A stretch of DNA of 64,000 nucleotides from Chloropicon primus (taxonomy: Eukaryota): NCBI GenBank assembly GCA_023205875.1, contig CP060759.1, positions 62,001-126,000 on the forward strand. The letters are read 5' to 3'. Positions within the stretch are counted from its first letter, which is position 1. Each line of letters opens with the position of its first letter. The notes under the pieces were generated by a model that did no database searches, had not been told where the DNA came from, and saw only the letters and a program-made list of their open reading frames with translations. Made by a program: the position numbers and the translations under genes. This document shows, piece after piece, positions 60,961-64,000 of this stretch.

Positions 60961-62664
60961 TTATTCGTTCATTGCCTCTTCGGGCACGAGCTGGAACATC
61001 TCGAGGTCCGCCGTGGGCGGTTGGCTCACTTTCATCTTCTCGACATCCATCTTTTGGTCCGAGGCCACGGCCAAGCTGGTCTTGAAGAGGAAGGGAAGGG
61101 CGGGCAGCATCACGAAAAGCATCGAGAAGCAACCCCACCGAATCGATCCGGTGAGGTCGACGATCAGGCCGATGACCAGGGGCCCGATCCACGAGGTGCC
61201 GAGCTCCAAGATGCCCTCCAGGGACATGATGGTCGAGCTGTACCCCGCGGGAATCATCTGCGCGAGGATCCCCCTGCTCAACGCGGGGAAGGGGGAGACC
61301 AAGAGCCCAGCGAGCACGAACAAAAAGTAGATCTCCCACTTTTCTCGCAATCCCAAGAGCATGTACACGGGGATGAGATTCGTGACGCAGCACACGACCA
61401 GAGTCAGCCTCTGGTTGCTGTTCTTGTACCTCTTCACGAAGGCCCCCAGCGCCAGGGCGCTTATCATGGAGGTCACGAGCATGACCACGAGTGGGAGGAC
61501 GAGCTCGTCCGCTCGCAGGGAGAACTCCCGCTCGATGTAGAGCGTCGCCGTCGTCAGGATGGACTGCACCGCCGTCCAGTGAAGCGTCCTGCCGATCAAG
61601 AATACCATCATCTGGCTCATGTCCTTCCTCATCAGGGTCAGGGTACCGTACACCCTCTTGCACCCGAGGGAGAGCCAGTCGAGCGTGCCGCCCGCGAACG
61701 GGGGGCCTGGCCTGACCCCGAGACCGTAGATGGAATGCCAGCAAAATGCGATGCCAAAGACCGCAGCGAAGGCGAGGGCGAGCCTCAGACCGAAGGTGTT
61801 AGAAGGCTCCGTCTCCCCAGGAGCCAGAAGCGTCACCAGGAGGCCCTGGACGATGAAGCCCAAGATCTGCCCGACGAAAAAGTAAGCCGAGGTCGTGATC
61901 GAGAACTCAGAAGCGAGTTGCTCGGAGAGCTTGTTGACCTCCATCTTGGAATTCCGCTGCCGATTGTCGTCGCACCTTGCCCCGTCCTGGTCGTCAACCT
62001 CCTCGGCCTGGCTGTAGAGCTCCTTCATCTTCTCCTGGACCTTGGGATCTGATCGCACGAGGAGAGGCAAGTAGGCGTTCCTCAGCGCCCTGTTTCCGAA
62101 GTTCCAGGCAGTCGCACCGGCGAAGACGAATAGGGCGTTGACCAGGTAGAGGGAGGAGCTCGACAAGCTGACGGGGATGGCGAAGCAAACGCCCCAGACG
62201 CCCACGCAGAACGCCAAGGTCAGCCTTCTGTGGCTCCCAATGTCACCCATCGGCCCCAAGATCACCAGCAGAGCCCCAGAGGAGAACAAAACCAGGGCAG
62301 AGACGTACGCTGCCACCGACGTGTAATCCATTCCTATTCCCGGCACCTTGGTGTCCAAAGGGAACCACTGGCAGTCATCCGTGATGTTGTCTGGCCTGCG
62401 GAAGTCTGCGTCCGAGTGGACCGTCACGGGGGCAGCACAAAGGTCCCCATCGCTGGTGATGTGCCTCCACTCGATCACGCCCCCCTTTGAAGCCTCGTAT
62501 TTTGCCTGCGTCACGACCAAAAGGGGCGCGAACACGATGATTGCCAGAGCTATGGGTCCGATCCCGAAGTCGTACATGTACCAAGCCCGGAGCTCCTCAT
62601 CTTCAGGAAAGCAGCAGGCGCAGGACCCTCTGCAACTCCTCCTGTTTGACGATAGCGCGGCCAT
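60961..62664 (-). CDS. MFS transporter, ATG22/UMF1-like (start uncertain)
   Basis: AWYMYDFG, ILGPMGD, NAYLPLL, ALSRGILAQMIPAG, GTSWIGPL; about 12 TM segments. Confidence 0.8.
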   Translation of the reverse strand: MAALSSNRRSCRGSCACCFPEDEELRAWYMYDFGIGPIALAIIVFAPLLVVTQAKYEASKGGVIEWRHITSDGDLCAAPVTVHSDADFRRPDNITDDCQWFPLDTKVPGIGMDYTSVAAYVSALVLFSSGALLVILGPMGDIGSHRRLTLAFCVGVWGVCFAIPVSLSSSSLYLVNALFVFAGATAWNFGNRALRNAYLPLLVRSDPKVQEKMKELYSQAEEVDDQDGARCDDNRQRNSKMEVNKLSEQLASEFSITTSAYFFVGQILGFIVQGLLVTLLAPGETEPSNTFGLRLALAFAAVFGIAFCWHSIYGLGVRPGPPFAGGTLDWLSLGCKRVYGTLTLMRKDMSQMMVFLIGRTLHWTAVQSILTTATLYIEREFSLRADELVLPLVVMLVTSMISALALGAFVKRYKNSNQRLTLVVCCVTNLIPVYMLLGLREKWEIYFLFVLAGLLVSPFPALSRGILAQMIPAGYSSTIMSLEGILELGTSWIGPLVIGLIVDLTGSIRWGCFSMLFVMLPALPFLFKTSLAVASDQKMDVEKMKVSQPPTADLEMFQLVPEEAMNE

Positions 62665-63321
62665 CCTTCCCAACCAGCCGGAGTTTCTCACACTCCCAGG
62701 GTTTCCCGTCCCTTGGTTGCGCCTCTCAGACGCCAGCACCTCCTGGACAACAACTTCACTCAAGCCAACACCACTCAGCCGCTTGAAGAGAGAAACAACT
62801 CAAGTTCTCAGCCCCTGATCGACCAATCGCTTCAAGTGCGTGCACAATCGAAAGAGGTGGAGACGAAGGTACGCGTCCCGTCCTCCCCTGCCCCTTTCCA
62901 CGCCGTCCTCGTCGTCTCCTTCCCCTCCAAACTTCGTTCCCCTGGCTGGCCCTTGGCCCAAAACTCTCCAGAGTGTCCTCGGGATGAGCGCACCCCAACT
63001 CAAAAAAAGAGAAACTCACGAGAGAGGAGCGAGGGAGTGAGGGAGTGAGGGAGAGAGCGAGGGTGTTGACGACGAGGCGAGAGGAAGACGAGGTGTACTG
63101 ACTGGACAGGACGAAAGTACGTCTCGCGGGCTTTCGTTTGGTGCCTCGCTTGACTTGTTTGACGGGCGGAGTGAACGAGGAGAAACCTTTGGCGAAGGAG
63201 GCCAACTGGAGTTCTGGAGCCAAGGAAGGAGCGAGGGTGTTGGCGACGAGGCGGAAGGAAGAGGAGGTTGGGTTGAGGTATACTGACTGGAGTGGACCGG
63301 ACGGAAGCACGCCTCGCAGCC

Positions 63322-64000
63322 ATGGCGGACGTGAGCGAGGGGGAGATAGACGACTTTTTGGACGATGACTGGGGTGCGGGCATGAGCGGCGAAGAGGAAG
63401 AGGGGGGAGGGGAGGAGAGGCCGAGCGAGGGAGCGCCGGGGGAGGGGGCGGGGGAGGAGGAGGAGGAGCCTGAGGCGGCCAAGGTGGAGACCGAGGAGGC
63501 AGAGAACGTTGAGGCGGGAGCGGAAGAGGCGAAGGAAGCTGAGGAGGCTCCAGAGGGTGGTGCTGGTGGCGAAGCAGAGGCAGAAACAGAAACGAGGGAG
63601 GAGGAGATCGAACCTGTGGTGGAAGAGAAGGGTGCCGGGCTCAGCGAGATCGAACCTGTGGTGGAAGACGCGGCAGCCACGTTGCCCTCAGTTCCACAGA
63701 CTCTTTCCATGAGCAAGGCGGCGACGACCTCGAGCTTGCCTGAAGTTCCAGCTTGGAACGACGAGGACTCGGAAGAGGAGAGCAGTGGTTGGGGCGGTTG
63801 GGGGACTTTCGGTCAGGCCGTGTCTGCCGCGGGCTTCGGGTTCGGAGCGAGGCTGACCGAAGCTGCGAAGACCATGGCAAACGATCTCAGCGACATGAAA
63901 GACACCTTGGTGGAGGCCGCGAACGAGGCCAACCGGGAGGACGATAGAATCGGAGAGAAGTCGAAAGACACGGACTCGAGACCAGGCCTGCAGGCCGACG
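63322..64000 (+). CDS. 5' part of a highly acidic protein (partial; weakly FAM114-like GWGGWG motif)
   Basis: ATG at 63322, frame open to the window end: MADVSEGEIDDFLDDDWG...SSGWGGWGTFGQAVS. Confidence 0.65.
   Translation, partial: MADVSEGEIDDFLDDDWGAGMSGEEEEGGGEERPSEGAPGEGAGEEEEEPEAAKVETEEAENVEAGAEEAKEAEEAPEGGAGGEAEAETETREEEIEPVVEEKGAGLSEIEPVVEDAAATLPSVPQTLSMSKAATTSSLPEVPAWNDEDSEEESSGWGGWGTFGQAVSAAGFGFGARLTEAAKTMANDLSDMKDTLVEAANEANREDDRIGEKSKDTDSRPGLQAD

Noticed and set aside
5806..62664. ATG2, BEACH and ATG22-like genes as an autophagy cluster
   Set aside because: The ATG22-like gene is more than 40 kb away among unrelated genes; probably chance.
1..64000. tRNA, rRNA or snRNA genes
   Set aside because: None recognised by eye. 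A tRNAscan/Infernal run would be needed to exclude them.

Overview
Gene-dense, GC-rich eukaryotic nuclear DNA with about 30 protein-coding genes. Introns are few and short (GT-AG, CTGAC-type branch points), spacers are microsatellite-rich, and there are plastid-targeted products (plastid L3, mTERF). This fits a compact picoplanktonic green alga such as Chloropicon, which is an inference. Recognisable genes: NHA-type Na+/H+ antiporter, ATG2, a BEACH-WD40 protein, TOPBP1-like head-to-head with CDC45, an Mpr1-like GNAT, SPC25, a soluble hybrid histidine kinase, plastid RPL3, LPAAT, DCAF11, GST, mTERF, NDUFS4, an NDR kinase, an F-box protein, a YdjM-like hydrolase, MATE, coilin, an NT-C2 coiled-coil protein with 255-bp repeats, a methyltransferase, an AP2 factor, a lysyl-endopeptidase-like protease, NDUFB10, calreticulin and an ATG22-like MFS transporter. 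The most unusual segment is about 716-2379. It holds an intronless gene with atypical Arg codon use encoding an AP2-like DNA-binding head plus two tandem PD-(D/E)xK (QxK) nuclease domains. A 66-bp copy of the second active-site coding sequence, differing only at third codon positions, lies 9 bp before the start codon. There is an E2F+CHR-like promoter, and possible element ends. Together these suggest a selfish nuclease element. Also notable is a 126-bp inverted repeat that frames the shared TOPBP1/CDC45 promoter. All domain calls are by motif recognition; no searches were run.
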